Origin: Octopus vulgaris
Taxonomy: Eukaryota
Assembly (NCBI GenBank): GCA_951406725.2
Contig: OX597814.1
Span: 88,722,001-88,786,000 of the forward strand
Length of the DNA stretch: 64,000 nt
Reading direction: 5' to 3'
In this document: one piece after another, positions 26,316-39,850 of the stretch
How the letters are laid out: each line of letters starts with the position of its first letter
How positions within the stretch are numbered: the first letter of the stretch is position 1
Translations under genes and position numbers: made by a program
Notes under the pieces: model-generated
Database searches by the model: none
The model's input: the letters and a program-made list of their open reading frames with translations, nothing else
Told to the model about the DNA's origin: nothing

Positions 26316-26533
26316 ACTCTTTACTCTTTTACTTGTTTTAGTCATTTGACTGCGGCCATGCTGGAGCACCGCCTTTAATCGAGCAACTCGACCCCGGGAC
26401 TTATTCTTTTGTAAGCCCAGTACTTATTCTATCGGTCTCTTTTGCCGAACCGCTAAGTAACAGGGACATAAACACACCAGCATCGGTTGTCAAGCAATGC
26501 TAGGGGGCAAACACAGACACACAAACACACACA

Positions 26534-26590
<57 letters not shown>

Positions 26591-26755
26591 TTATAAACGA
26601 CGGGCTTCTTTCAGTTTCCGCCTACCAAATCCACTCACAAGGCTTTGGTCAGCCCGAGGCTATAGTAGAAGACACTTGCCCAAGGTGCCACGCAGTGGGA
26701 CTGAACCCGGAACCATGTGGTTGGTAGACAAGCTACTTACCACACAGCCACTCCT
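26316..26755 (-). mobile_element. SINE family B, young full copy
   Basis: Near-identical to 6430-6853. Confidence 0.92.
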
Positions 26756-26759
26756 GTTA

Positions 26760-27215
26760 TTTTATCTTCTACTTGTTTCAGTCATTAGATTGCGGCCATG
26801 CTGGTGCAACACCTTGAAAAACTTTAAATCGAATCAATTGACATCAGTACTTATTTTTTTTTTTTTTGTTAAGCCTGGTACATATTCTATGGGTTTCTGC
26901 TTGACCGAACCACTAGGTTATACTGGGACTTAAACACACCAACACCGGTTGTCAAGCGGTGGTGGAGAACAAACACAGACACCTACACGCACTCACACAC
27001 ACACACGCAGCACACACACACAGACACATATATATATATATATAGACACACACACACCACGACGAGATTCTTTGTTTCTGTCTACAAAATCCACTCACAA
27101 GGCTTTGGTTGACCCGAGGCTCTAGCAGAAGACAATTGACTAAGGTGCCACGCTGTGCGACTAAAGCCAGAACTATTTAGTTGAGAAGTAAGCTTCTTAC
27201 CACACAGCCACGCCC
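26760..27215 (-). mobile_element. SINE family B, older adjacent copy
   Basis: Collinear but more diverged. Confidence 0.85.
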
Positions 27216-29193
27216 ATTTTTCAATCAAAAATTTTGTAATTATTAATTTATAAGATAGATATCGTTGTTTTTTTTCTTTAACCCTTCGCCTGTCCAAAGT
27301 ATTTTTATAAGTTCGTCGTAAACATCCATATTCGTTTTCAGACTTTTAGTTAACGTTCGTTTCATACGATCTGTGTGATATAAAACTTTCCTTTCATAAG
27401 TACCAAGTTACTCTGAAAACAAAATGAGAATGAGATTTATGGGCACCAGAGAAATATGTACAGTGTATTACTTGGATGCACGAGACAGTCAAAGGTTGGT
27501 TTGCCTTGCATGAGCCAAGTTATGGTCGATTGCATGCAAGCCTTACTAATCTTACCTTTTACTCAAGACTACGTTGTTAAATGTGTATTTTATTTTAAGA
27601 TGTTAAAAGTACGATTTGAGGGAGATGCGGCCGCTATTTTTATCAAATGCAGTGAGATGTTTGATATCCTCCACTTGCAATGTCTTCTTATTCTCGCACA
27701 AGCATTTATTTTTTTGAACTGACGAAGACTAATGTTTTAAAGAAATAAAATAAATAACTGGAGACGAATTAAATATATATATTATTGCCTCCGAAAGAAA
27801 TTTAGGAAGGCGAAATAAAACTGCTTTCGGACTCTGAGAGAGTGAGAAGTTCGTCTGAAATTTCAAGGAGGCTGTAAAGTTTTAGTTTTAGGGAGACGCA
27901 CGATAGATCATCACAGACTCCCTTCCACCGTCAAGTAGAGCCTGATTGCCAGATATGTAGCACAAATTAATCCTAATCCGAAGGAATGCGTTTCAATGAT
28001 GCGCCTATGAGATTGATAATACTAATTTCTTTTGTTGGTACAAAACCACAAATGTTTGGAAGAGATGATGTAATCAATGTAATTGATTCATGTACTTGAC
28101 TACTGGTTATTCTATCTGCAACATAAGAATGAAAAGTTAAATTGCTTTAAGTTCCTTTTGAACCAATTTTAAAGAGATCTAACTAAACCATGCGAGACAT
28201 TTTCTTTTTCACTCTCCTGTTTGTGCTTATCCACGCCACAAAACACTCTGATAATATTAGTTGATTTCTGACGTTGCCTCATGGTCATAAATTTTGGGAG
28301 CAGAATGTAGTCAATTAAAACTACCCCAGCATTTCACAAGTATTTTAATTTGTAGACCCTCAAAAGAACCAATGTCATTCATTTTGAAATTTGAACTACG
28401 AAAAATTACTTTGATAATACTGACTTTAGAAACGGATAATGTTTGAATATATGTTTGACTAATGGACTACAAGAATGGAAATGTTTGAATATAGTGGGCG
28501 AATTGCTGGTGGGACTTACATGTGTATTTGTGCGAATAGAGTTTAGGCTTCTTTCACTGAAGAATTGTGAGTTCAAGGTCCTTTTTTCTGTCACCTACGT
28601 GATATGCTGCTATACTTTTAAAAGACAACTTCCTTTGCACTCTCTGTCTATTTGGTAGCAGAGAATGTAAGAACGAAGCATGTATGAGGCGAAGAGTAAA
28701 AGAGAAAGAGTGGCGCAGAGAGAAAAGAGAGTGGTGAAAAGGGCATTTTGTGTTTATGTATGTCTCAGACATGGTGCGATATATTCATGTGTATTTTTAT
28801 TTAGGCTGACATCTAACAATTATATGATAGTATTTATTAAGTAATACTAATATGTCTGGGTAATCAACGACTGATATCTATTATCCCATTTGCCAATGTT
28901 TATACGGCACCACTGACTGTTGTGTATCATAGTCCTGCCAGAATACATCATCATCATCATGTCTACTGCCATATATTATTCTAAGTATGTAGATTTATGT
29001 GCGGGTATGTCTATCTGTATAGATATCTATCCATTCTTCAGCTCTTCCCCACCCTTTCATTGTATATGCATGTTTGTACGGACTCATATGTACACCCACG
29101 CACTCACACACACACACACCACACTCGGGTATGTATGTATATGTGTATATATACATATATATATATATATGTGTGTGTATGTATGTATGTATG

Positions 29194-29375
<182 letters not shown>

Positions 29376-29442
29376 GATAAAAAATTTTTTCAAAAAAATT
29401 TCATCAAAAGTAGTAGCATATGAAGATACCTTTAAAGGTGAA

Positions 29443-29535
29443 AATTATAAACAAGGGCAAAATAAAAAAGATTTCTATGCCAAATTGGCATAGAAATCTA
29501 GAAATCTTTTTTTCTTTTGCCCTTGTTTATAAATT
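29443..29535. repeat. Near-perfect palindrome between (TA)n arrays
   Basis: ttataaacaagggcaaaa.aaaaaagatttctatgccaa-a-ttggcatagaaatct...ttttgcccttgtttataa. Confidence 0.9.
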
Positions 29536-29627
29536 GTATATATATATATATATTTCAAAAAGTGACCACATGTGAATCATTCGCGATTTTTTTTCCTCCG
29601 TCTTCCTTTTCTATTGGACTTTGTTCT

Positions 29628-29662
29628 GTTTCTGAAGAAGAGCTTTGCTCGAAACGTAAAAC
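29628..29662 (+). ncRNA. Minimal hammerhead motif in a PLE-like terminus (29555-29780)
   Basis: gttt-CTGAAGA-a-gagc(ttt)gctc-GAAA-cg-TA-aaac. Confidence 0.7.
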
Positions 29663-29827
29663 CATATTTCTTTCTTTCCCCGAGCGTCTGCTAATACTTT
29701 ACATGTACCAAGTACTCGCGTTGTTGTTTTCTGGGTGTTTGTTCGTCGTTTTTTCTTTTTTGGGATTTACAATGTGTAAATACACATATGTAAATACACA
29801 TATACATACATACATATATATATACAA

Positions 29828-29929
<102 letters not shown>

Positions 29930-30402
29930 TAAAGATGTATTACTATTACATAAAGTCATGTTAACTCTATAACAAATATTTCGACAAACATATATACGTG
30001 TGTGAATAATAAAGATGCATGGTAAATGTCTTACATTGTATATTTTGTAATTTGTGTAGTTCTGAAATTCGTATTTCTCGAAAATCAACATGCCATCCAT
30101 TCAGAATCGACCCAGTAAACATTATTAGAATAGAAATATCGAAAATATTCAGGTGACCTCAAGTCCTTCTCAAGTGCTATTATACAAAATACTGAAATGT
30201 CACGTACGCGGTTTTGAGAATTTTATTTTTATTTTTTGCTTAGATGTGGGGAGGCAGAACAACACTCATAACATTTGGTAGGGCCTTAGATAGACTCATG
30301 AGCAACTCTTAGATCAGAAACACAAACACTGCTCTAAAGGATTGGTAAGCGAACTATTTGCTCTGGTCCCATACATACCTCGTTATTGTTTGTTTGTTTG
30401 TT

Positions 30403-30451
<49 letters not shown>

Positions 30452-30547
30452 GCGTGTGCGCGCGAGTGCTTGAGTGTTAGTTCGTGAGCACAATTTACGT
30501 CGGTTATTGGTTCGGAGACATGCGACTTAACTCGAAAAACTACTAGG

Positions 30548-30675
30548 TGCAAGGCGTGGTTGTGTGGTAAGAAGATTGTTTCCCAAGTTTATGACTCCGG
30601 GTTCAGTCCCACTGTGTGACACCTTGGGCAAGTATCTACTACTATAGCATCGAGTCGATCAAAGCCCGTCGTAAG

Positions 30676-30721
<46 letters not shown>

Positions 30722-30830
30722 TACACACACACACACACATACATGTATACATTTTGTTTCTCTGTGTGTTTGTCCCACCACCACCACCACCACCACTACC
30801 ACCACTGCAAAACCGGTTTTGGTTTGTTTA
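30548..30830 (+). mobile_element. SINE family B, degenerate partial copy
   Basis: gttcagtcccactgtgtgacaccttgggcaagt. Confidence 0.75.
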
Positions 30831-31471
30831 CGAAAGTTGTAAAATATTTACATGTGTATTTCATTTGATTTTTCCACTTAAGTATTAGTTTTCAAATATT
30901 AAAAAAAAATTATGCTTTTATATATGTACGTTGAGACTGGCATAGAATCCGATGAATCGATTCAAGTTGAGTTTTATTTTTTTCCATTAATTCCTTTAAA
31001 GAAATTTTCTTAAAAACGACGTACAATCGAAATAGCCGTAACTCGAAACGACATTGAATTGAAATATGCCAGTATTTTGTTGCTTATGTGTGTAAGAAAA
31101 TGATATATAACTAATTTGTAATGCATTTAAAATGGTTCATATTACTAGTTTGTTCTCGTATGCAATTCAGGAATGTATGCAAATGATTTAACAAAGGACT
31201 TCCCGTTGATATTTTTTATGCATTCATACATGCACGAAACGCATTAGCATAAATATGTTATTGTTTTCAAATACATATATATATAATAATATATATAATA
31301 TGTGTGTGTGTATATGCATGTATGTATGTATGTATGTATGTATGTATGTATGTATGTATGTATGTATTTGTGTGTGTATGTATGTATGTATGTGTGTATG
31401 TATGTATGTATGTATGTATGTAATGTTATTTAAGGCGCTAAAAGAGAACGACTCTCCCTAGACACAACAGA

Positions 31472-31528
<57 letters not shown>

Positions 31529-31530
<2 letters not shown>

Positions 31531-33952
31531 GGGTCGTCCCATAAGTAATGCGGTTTTTTCAATTGGATGAACTAAAAGTCGGAGCGGGGCAGGATAAACT
31601 ACTTGCATCAACATGATATAAAAGCAGATAGTAGATTTATCTTGTCCTTATTCTTAGCACAAGTTAGTTTTGTGAGGATTGTTTTGCACTGAGGATTGTT
31701 TTGCGCTGAGGAGTGTGTTGTACTGCTTTGCAGCAATTTTTTTGTGAGTGGCGCCATCTTTATTTGGTAGCCTGTGACGAATGAGCGAAAGGAAGAGTTA
31801 TGCGGCAGCAACGGGAAGTCAGTGTTCTGTCGTCCTGGGTATGCTGAAACAGAATGAACTGCATTGTTATTTAGACCTGCTCCGGAAATCTCAATATATG
31901 GTAAAGAGGGAGAGGTCGAACACAAAGTTGACTCTACCAGATGAAGACAAAGTGAAGATGGAAAGCAGGGCGATGATTAATAGAACATTTTTTTAAAGTA
32001 AGAAACTGGAGAATGCAATGCAGGAGGGGGTGGACGAATGTCTGGAAAAATTTAAGGAAAGCATAACGTTTTATACCAGAGGAAAAAAATACGCTTCAGT
32101 GGCAGTTACCTTTGTCTCAGAAGAGGAGGCAAAAAGACACTCCACTAAGCTACTACACGGAGAAAAATGGACACTCCTGCCCACTTTCCTGGGTAAACGA
32201 GTTACCAGAATTAGGGTGAGCAGGATCCCACCTAGAATCGATCCAGAATGGATAATAGCGGCAATTTTCACCGCAAGAGAGGAAGGAGACAACGAGGAGG
32301 TGAACGAAATAATGATAAACCGGACCCAACAAGTAAATTAATGGGGGTAGAGATAATTTTTATGGCGAATCAAAAAGAGTACGAAGCTATACCAGAAACA
32401 TTGGAGCAGCTCAATGAAGACAGACTAAATGTTATGTTGGAGGGGAGGCATCCGACGTGTCACGAGTGTGAAGAGAAGGGGCACATTAGAAGAAGGTGCC
32501 CACAAAAAGGATGGAAACCACAGAAATAGAAACACAAGAAGGCGTAATGGAAGTGGAGAGGAGGACCCAGGAAGTGGGACAGTACACAGAGTTTATGGAG
32601 ACCAAAACAAGGAAGGGAAAGAGAGGAAGAGTTCAGCACCTAAAACGGAGCAACAACAGAAGAAACATAAAGTACAGGAGGAAGTGGACCAAATAACAAC
32701 GACATGTAGAAGCAGTTCGCCCTTAGGATCACCGAAGAAAAATGCCACAATCAGAACAGCAACACCAAGCAAACATACAGACTTACTATCACACAAACAT
32801 ACAGACTCACAGACACAACACACAGACACACAAGACGTACATAGAAACAACATTTTTTTAGTGACATATACGACCCCAAAACTGGAGATCAAAATAACGA
32901 AAATAAAAGGATTGTTAGGGTGAATCTTTCAGAGGGATATAATAAGGATAGAAGATGTATTCTGATGGAGGAAGGAAAACATAGAACTCTGAAAGAAGCT
33001 TTTCTTTCAGATGTAAATCCACTGGGGCCCGTGGTGAGTATTAAATCCAGCGCCCCAGTGGTGAATTATGATGACATTAAAAGTGACATAAAATGGAAAG
33101 TTGAGAGTATTTTAAAGAAATGTTAAAGGCTCTTTGAAATAATTGAAATCACGTAATCACCTTATTCTTAGTGCATATATTGAAGAGCGCAGTTCGATTT
33201 TAACAGTTATTTTTTCAAAGTTGCATTGGAAGTGACGAAGGAGCATATTAGGCATATTTTGCTTTATGAGTTTAAAAAAGGCAACAACGCAACGGAAAGT
33301 GCAGTATATGGAGATCGGACAATATGCGTAAGCCAGTGTCATCGGTGGTTCCAGAAATGCCGCGCCGGAAACTACAGCCTAGAAGACGAACCTCTTCCTG
33401 AAAGATCTGTAGAGCTCGACGAGGACGTCCTGCAAACCTTGGTGGAATACAATCTCATCGTAATTGTTGAGGAACTAGCAAAGATGCTTGGATTTAGTCA
33501 TTCAACCATTCATCGACACCTGCGCTAGAAGTAAAACGACCATCTTTGATTTCTAGAGGAAAGGTATTTTTCAGTCAGGATAATGCTTGGTCACATACAA
33601 CGAAGATGACATTCCAAAAACTGGAGCAGTTCGAATGGGAAACGATGCCCCACCCATCATATTCGACGGACATTGCCTCATCTAATTATCATTTATTCCG
33701 CAATCTTCAAAATCATTTGGACGGGAAAAAATTAAAATTCTGTAGACGAGGTCAGAACAGTACTCGAGGAGTATTTTTTGCTACGGACAAGGGAATTTTG
33801 GAAGAGGAACTTTGCAAATCTACCAGATAGACTGAAGAGCATTGTAGAAATGACGGAGAGTATATTTTAGATTAAAAAAGACCTTTGTTTATCTTAATTT
33901 TGAAAAAATAAAAGTAGTATTAAAAAAACGCATTATTTATGGGAACACGTAA
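31529..33952 (+). mobile_element. Decayed mariner (DD34D) transposon interrupted by a 1.5-kb insert
   Basis: TIRs tcccataagtaatgcggtttttt / aaaaaacgcattatttatggga; transposase MEVTKEHIRHILLYEF...QDNAWSH...HPSYSTDIASSNYHLF (33226-33870, internally deleted); homologous to 56961. Confidence 0.9.
31666..33160 (+). mobile_element. ORF1-only L1/Tx1-like retroelement with CCHC zinc knuckle
   Basis: Broken ORF 31781-33126 (MSERKSYAAA...CHECEEKGHIRRRC); aatcac tail; mariner sequence ccttattcttag duplicated at 31646 and 33160; no EN/RT. Confidence 0.75.
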
Positions 33953-34356
33953 TGATAATAATAATAAGTGGATGTAAACACATGAACAAAATAAAAATAA
34001 ACAAAAACAACAACAAAAACAAATACATGAACGTATATATACAGAAGATACAAATATTACAGGCATCCCCCCACACACTAAATAAACATAGACGCACATA
34101 GAGATATAAGCATGCGCAAATGAAGACACATACAATAGAAATACAAAATGGCTGACGGTTAGTAAGGAGAGACACAAATAAGAAAGAAGAAAACAAAGGA
34201 CCACTGATGCGGTCACAGGAGTGTGACGAAAGAACTCTGACCGAAATAAGATTAAGATTAATGTAAAAAATAAATAACACTGAAGCAAAATAGCACCAAA
34301 TATATAGTGCGTGTGTTTTTATTGGCTAAACTGGCAAAATGACCATTCCGAAATAT

Positions 34357-34411
<55 letters not shown>

Positions 34412-35159
34412 TGTACATAGACTTAAAACGATGGCTCCAGCGTTGATGACGACTACGATGCATATGTATGTATGTATGTAAGTACGTACGTATGTGCACA
34501 CACACACACGCGCGCGCGCACACACACACATACACACACACATATATATATGTATGTTGTCTATCTATGTATATATATCTATATTCATATGTGTGTATGT
34601 GTGTGTGTTTGTGTATGCATGTATGTGCGTGTGTATGTGTGCATGTATGTATATGTGTACTTTCTAGTTTACAAACCAATGGAAAAGTATTCTATAGAAA
34701 AGGGAAATGTAATTATTCATTGCAATGCTCAGATGCGCTGCCCGTGACTACCCCGAATGCTGCGAGTGTCGTAGACCGAGTAACATGAACAGAGACACTT
34801 GAAAACTCAACGTAGTTGCAGAGAGTATTCTTAGCTCGTGTTAGTAGTAATAAAACCCTTGAGAAACGACAACTCTTTCTCTTCCTCACGAGCCAGGACA
34901 AGACATATGAATTGTGGTCCTTGCTGTGGCTGGTTGAGAAATAGCGAGGATTTCAAAGAAACAACCATAACGCTGAGCAATAATTCAGACGAACGAGAAC
35001 AAATGCGTGCAGAACAAATATCATCTCTTGTACACTTGCAAAATATACTCGAAATCCACTTCCTCCTCACTTGTAATATGAATACAGCTCAATGCTTTAA
35101 TATTCATTATTGCCAGTTTCTGCACAGTTTCTGGTGTCACCTGAGCGTGCGATCTACCG

Positions 35160-35287
35160 AGCTTTTTACACTTTAGAGTGCGGTCTAACCTTAATCCCTC
35201 ACCTCTAACCTTAAACCATAAACTCTATAAGATCATTTTAAAGTAAAGACAATGGTTGCTGCGGTACACCGCACGCTAAAGTAGCTC
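35160..35287. mobile_element. Small inverted-repeat element with CCCTAA-like interior
   Basis: actttagagtgcggt / accgcacgctaaagt enclose ctaaccttaatccctcacctctaaccttaaacc. Confidence 0.5.
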
Positions 35288-36421
35288 CCAGTTTGTAACA
35301 CTGGGATTTCAGTTTATCCCGGTTCTGTGTATTCAGATTGAACTCCGTATGAAGGATGAGAGTTAAGTGCTTGAAACGTTCATAAACTGAATTGCCTTTT
35401 GTTTCCACGTAAATTGTATAACATAAAAAGAATGTATATATTTGTATTATTACTATCTAGCCACAGGTGAGGCCTGATTGAGTTATTTTATCTTTCATTT
35501 CTCAATTGATCGACTGTATAAATATTAGTCAAGTACTAATATTGGTTACTCCTGACCTGCGCCTATTTTTGACATTTGTATAACTATTATAAGGGTGTGA
35601 ATTACTGTTATTGCTTACTTTTACTGTTTGAACTTAGATGGAGAGCTGACAGAATCGTTACCGTGCCAGAAAAAAATGCCTAGTAGCACATCTTGAAGCT
35701 TTACGTTCTGAGTTCAAATTCTACCAAGGTTAAATTTGTCTTTCATCCTTTCAGGGTTGATAAAATAAAGTACAAGCTGGACTTATGCCTCTTACTAAAA
35801 TTCCTGGCCTTGTGCAAAAATCTAAAATCATTATTGCTAGATCTGGTTAATTACTATATCAAGATACATTATAGAACGTGGTTGAGGTCGATTTACCCTT
35901 CAGGTTAATTAAAGTCCTGAAAATGTACCGAGACACAATTCAATCGATTACACCTCTCTACAGAATGTATGGCTTTATAAAAATGTGATAAGGTCGTCGG
36001 TAACAGAACTGGAAGATCACTAGATAAAATATGTTGAGGTAATTCGGTACGTACTTGTGGTTCCTAAGTTCTAAAGTCACCTGACTTGAACTCTTCCTTT
36101 TTTTATGTCCTGAATTTTAAAAAAACTGGAGTGAAGATCTGGAGTTGATTTAATTGGGTGAACCTTAGACCGAAATTTATTGCTTTGTGCTACGCTTTAG
36201 GCATTGATATAGATGCTGATTTGCACTACTTAATTTCTGTTACTTTTCTATTCCAATAGACATCAGCTTTACCTTTCATCCACCAGAATCGATAAAATTT
36301 GTGCCAGTAATGCATTCGGGATTATCCGTTATACTCCTACATTACAAACGTGTAGGTTTCTGAAAATGTAAAAACCCATTATCATCATCATTGAAGTTGT
36401 CATCGTTGTCATCGTATTTAC

Positions 36422-36510
36422 CGAAGACGCAGTTTTTGGCGTGACTTGTATCACATTCTTGTCAATAGCGTGTGTTAACGCGTTACTTCTCCCGCAGCGA
36501 GTCATATTGC
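36422..36510 (-). CDS. Candidate isolated 89-nt exon of an unknown gene
   Basis: Acceptor ctgcttttag|G, donor TCG|gtaaat, one open frame NMTRCGRSNALTHAIDKNVIQVTPKTASS; no homology recognised. Confidence 0.25.
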
Positions 36511-37076
36511 CTAAAAGCAGTTTCTGTTTTATGTACAAGAATATGAATAGGTGAAAGGTACAACGTAGAAAGGTGTCAAACGTCTTGATCAACCAATAAA
36601 TTGACATAGAACTTATTATATGTTACAATACTTTTTTTTATATATACGAAAGGAAATTCAGTTAATTTATTAGACAAGAAAGAGAAACAGCTAGATAATT
36701 TAGCATGGAAAAAGACATATGATCTATCAAGTGTAACTTCAAACGCAAAAAGAAAGAGAAAAATAAAATCCTGTCATTTGCCCTAATAGTTTTACGCATT
36801 TCAAACTTTTTCCCACGTCCCAAGAAACAAAAGCAATCCACATACTTTCATAAACAATAAGTAGGTCTTACATTATAATATAAACAGACGACAGGAAAGG
36901 CTGGTTGTTAGCACCTTAGATTTCTAGAAATTACCATCAGTGAGTTAATTTTTCCTCTAAGTTTTTCTTCGTGTTAAACTTAAACACATGATTATCTTGT
37001 CATATACAGAAAAATACATGTGTAAATTCGCTTGCATGTATGTATATGTGCATGTATGCATCAATGTATGCATGTT

Positions 37077-37193
<117 letters not shown>

Positions 37194-37202
37194 ATGTATG
37201 TA

Positions 37203-38415
37203 TACTGAACTACAAAAGAAACGGCGCACTGTTAAAGAGTATTTGTTTTGCACACGATTTTGAAATTATATGGATTTTATCACGTTTCTAAGTAATTTGA
37301 CATCAGGAAGATGTCGCTGACCCACAACACCATTCACTTTTGAAACCGCAAGGATTGCATGTAAGGTTCGAACTCGCTCACTTTCCGTGAACATGGTAAT
37401 GCTCACAAACGCAACTTTATGATCGCCACCTGCACCGACAGCACTTGTAGAACCGATTCCGGAGGGCAACAGAATCAACTAGGTAGACTATAGGGACTCA
37501 CCACATTTGTGCAGAGACAGTTCGCCGCCAACTGAGAGCTTTCAATCTTCCCTGACGACGTCCGGCTAGAGGCCCCATTCTCACAGATCGTCATCGACGG
37601 GCACGTCTGCAGAGGGCTCAAAAACGTCAGACCTGGCGATATCATCAGTGGAGGACTGTAGTCTTCTCTGGCAAGAGTCGATATTACATTGCTGTGAAAG
37701 ATGGCAGAGCTAGGGTTTGGAGAACAAAGAGTGAATGTCATGCCGATGGCTGTGAGGTGGAGAGAGATTCATGGGGAGGACAGAATATCATGGTATGGGG
37801 TGGGATTGCACTCAACCAGAAACTGGGACTGGTGGTCTTCCAAAACATCAGCCCAAGCCGTAGCAATGGAATAACTGCTGCTCGCTACATCAACCAAATG
37901 TTGAGTTCTCACATTGTGCTATACTTTGCCCGTCATTGGAATCACGTGTTCCAACACGACAACACCCATATCCATACTGCTAGATTGACAACAAACTTCC
38001 TCCAACAGCACAACATCCAGATACTGCTATGGCCTGCCCTATGTCCGGACCTTATAGAGCACCTCTGGGACGAAATCCAAAGAAGGCTAAATGACATCTG
38101 TCCAAGGCTGACAATCGCGGCACAACTCACTGCAAATTTTAACAAAATGTGGGCTGCTATCCTTATGGGCGTCATCAATCGTTTGGTGCACTGAATGTAC
38201 AGAAGATGCCTGGCGGTAATCAGTGCTAACGGTGGTCACACGAGATATTAATCCAGTACTCTCCGCCATCATGTGATACCATATGATGTCAAACTTGCTT
38301 CAGGAAATGACTTTTTATCATTAGGATAAGAACGATTTCTTCAATCAATGCTATGGCAGTCTATTAATAAATCGTTTTCTACTTAGTATGTGTGCGACGT
38401 TTCTTTTGTGGTTCA

Positions 38416-38418
<3 letters not shown>
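37203..38418 (+). mobile_element. Decayed Tc1-like (DD34E) transposon with both TIRs
   Basis: TIRs tactgaactacaaaagaaacggcgcac / gtgcgacgtttcttttgtggttcagta; GGQNIMVWGGI, FQHDN..H, WPALCPDL-IEHLW. Confidence 0.93.
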
Positions 38419-38465
<47 letters not shown>

Positions 38466-38577
38466 ATAAAATAATAATAAATATTAGGGAATAAATCCAA
38501 ACTTACAGGGAAAAATCAGATTTAGGATTGAATCCAATTTTATAGTAAAATATTATATTTTGTCTCTAATTTAATAT

Positions 38578-38669
<92 letters not shown>

Positions 38670-38675
<6 letters not shown>

Positions 38676-39850
38676 CCGTAGTGTCTAGCCAAGAAATTTT
38701 GTACTATTGTCGATGATTCAAATACCAGAAACACAAGACCTATAGAACTCAAAGGATTTCTGCTCAACCAGAAAATAGCATACAACAAGCAAAAGAGATA
38801 CCTATAGAACAACTTAGAGCAACACGAAAAAGATCAACCCATCAAAGGAACACAATACCATTTCTAGTAACACACAATCCCCATCATCAAAACATTTTTA
38901 ACATCATCAAAACAAATTTGCCAATCATAGAACAAAGTGAAAAAAATTTTTAAACCCAGTTAGAAACTATTAACAAAAGCAAAATTCAACATGAACAAAC
39001 AGGATAAAATTTTCACAGTATCCAAGTGAAATGATAACAGATGTGGAATGTGTTAGAACAAAAAACGGACAGATTTTCGCAAATGCAGATATGAACTGCA
39101 AAAGCAGAAATTTAATCTACTGCATTAAATGCCCTAATTGCGATAAACTATATATTGGAGAGACAGGAAATGCATTATCGGAACGCTCACGAGTCCACCG
39201 ACAACAAATCCGGAACACCAATGTTCGCTCAATGGAATTTAGCGAACATCTGGTCAGAAAATGTTTCCTACAAACTACATGACACAAGTGAGGTTGGAAG
39301 AAAGATAAAAGAAAAATGGTTTAATAAAATGTTCAAGCCTGTTCTGAACGGCAATAACCAGTTAATGATGTGAATTAATAAATATAAACAGGTTACAGAA
39401 TATTGGTACGCCTAGCAAACCGTGACGTTTAAGAGCATGCGGGTTGGTCAAAAAGCTATTCTAAAATTCTAAGAGGTGAAGAACTCAACAGTCAGTTAAG
39501 CACATTTGAAATCTGATTAATACACTATATATGAAAGCGCTAGGGCGGCGAGCTGGCAGAAACGTTAGCGCGCCGGGCGAAATGCTTCGCGGTATTTCGT
39601 CTGTCGTTACGTTCTGAGTTCAAATTCCGCCGAGGTCGACTTTGCCTTTCATCCTTTCGGGGTCGCACTGGGATCGATATAATCGACTTAATCTGTTTGT
39701 CTGTCCTTGTTTGTCCCTTCTATGTTTAGCCCCTTGTGGGTAGTAAAGAAATATATATATGAAAGCGCTAATTTAACTTTATGAGCATTAAAAAATAATC
39801 TTTTTATGTTAAAATGTTAAAATATAAAAAAAATCGCGAAAATGAGACCA
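38670..39850 (+). mobile_element. 5'-truncated PLE (RT thumb, GIY-YIG, terminal hammerhead)
   Basis: IPFLVTHNP; DMNCKSRNLIYCIKCPNCDKLYIGETGNALSER..VHRQQIR; starts in (TA)n. Confidence 0.92.
39543..39753 (+). mobile_element. SINE family A monomer with 17-bp TSD
   Basis: tatatatgaaagcgcta at 39526-39542 and 39754-39770. Confidence 0.92.

Noticed and set aside
27240-27412. Minus-strand acceptor ttttgttttcag suggesting a coding exon
   Set aside because: All three frames stop within 17 codons and no donor was found.
34768-34904. Possible solo LTR (TG...CA with AATAAA)
   Set aside because: No TSD, PBS or second copy seen.
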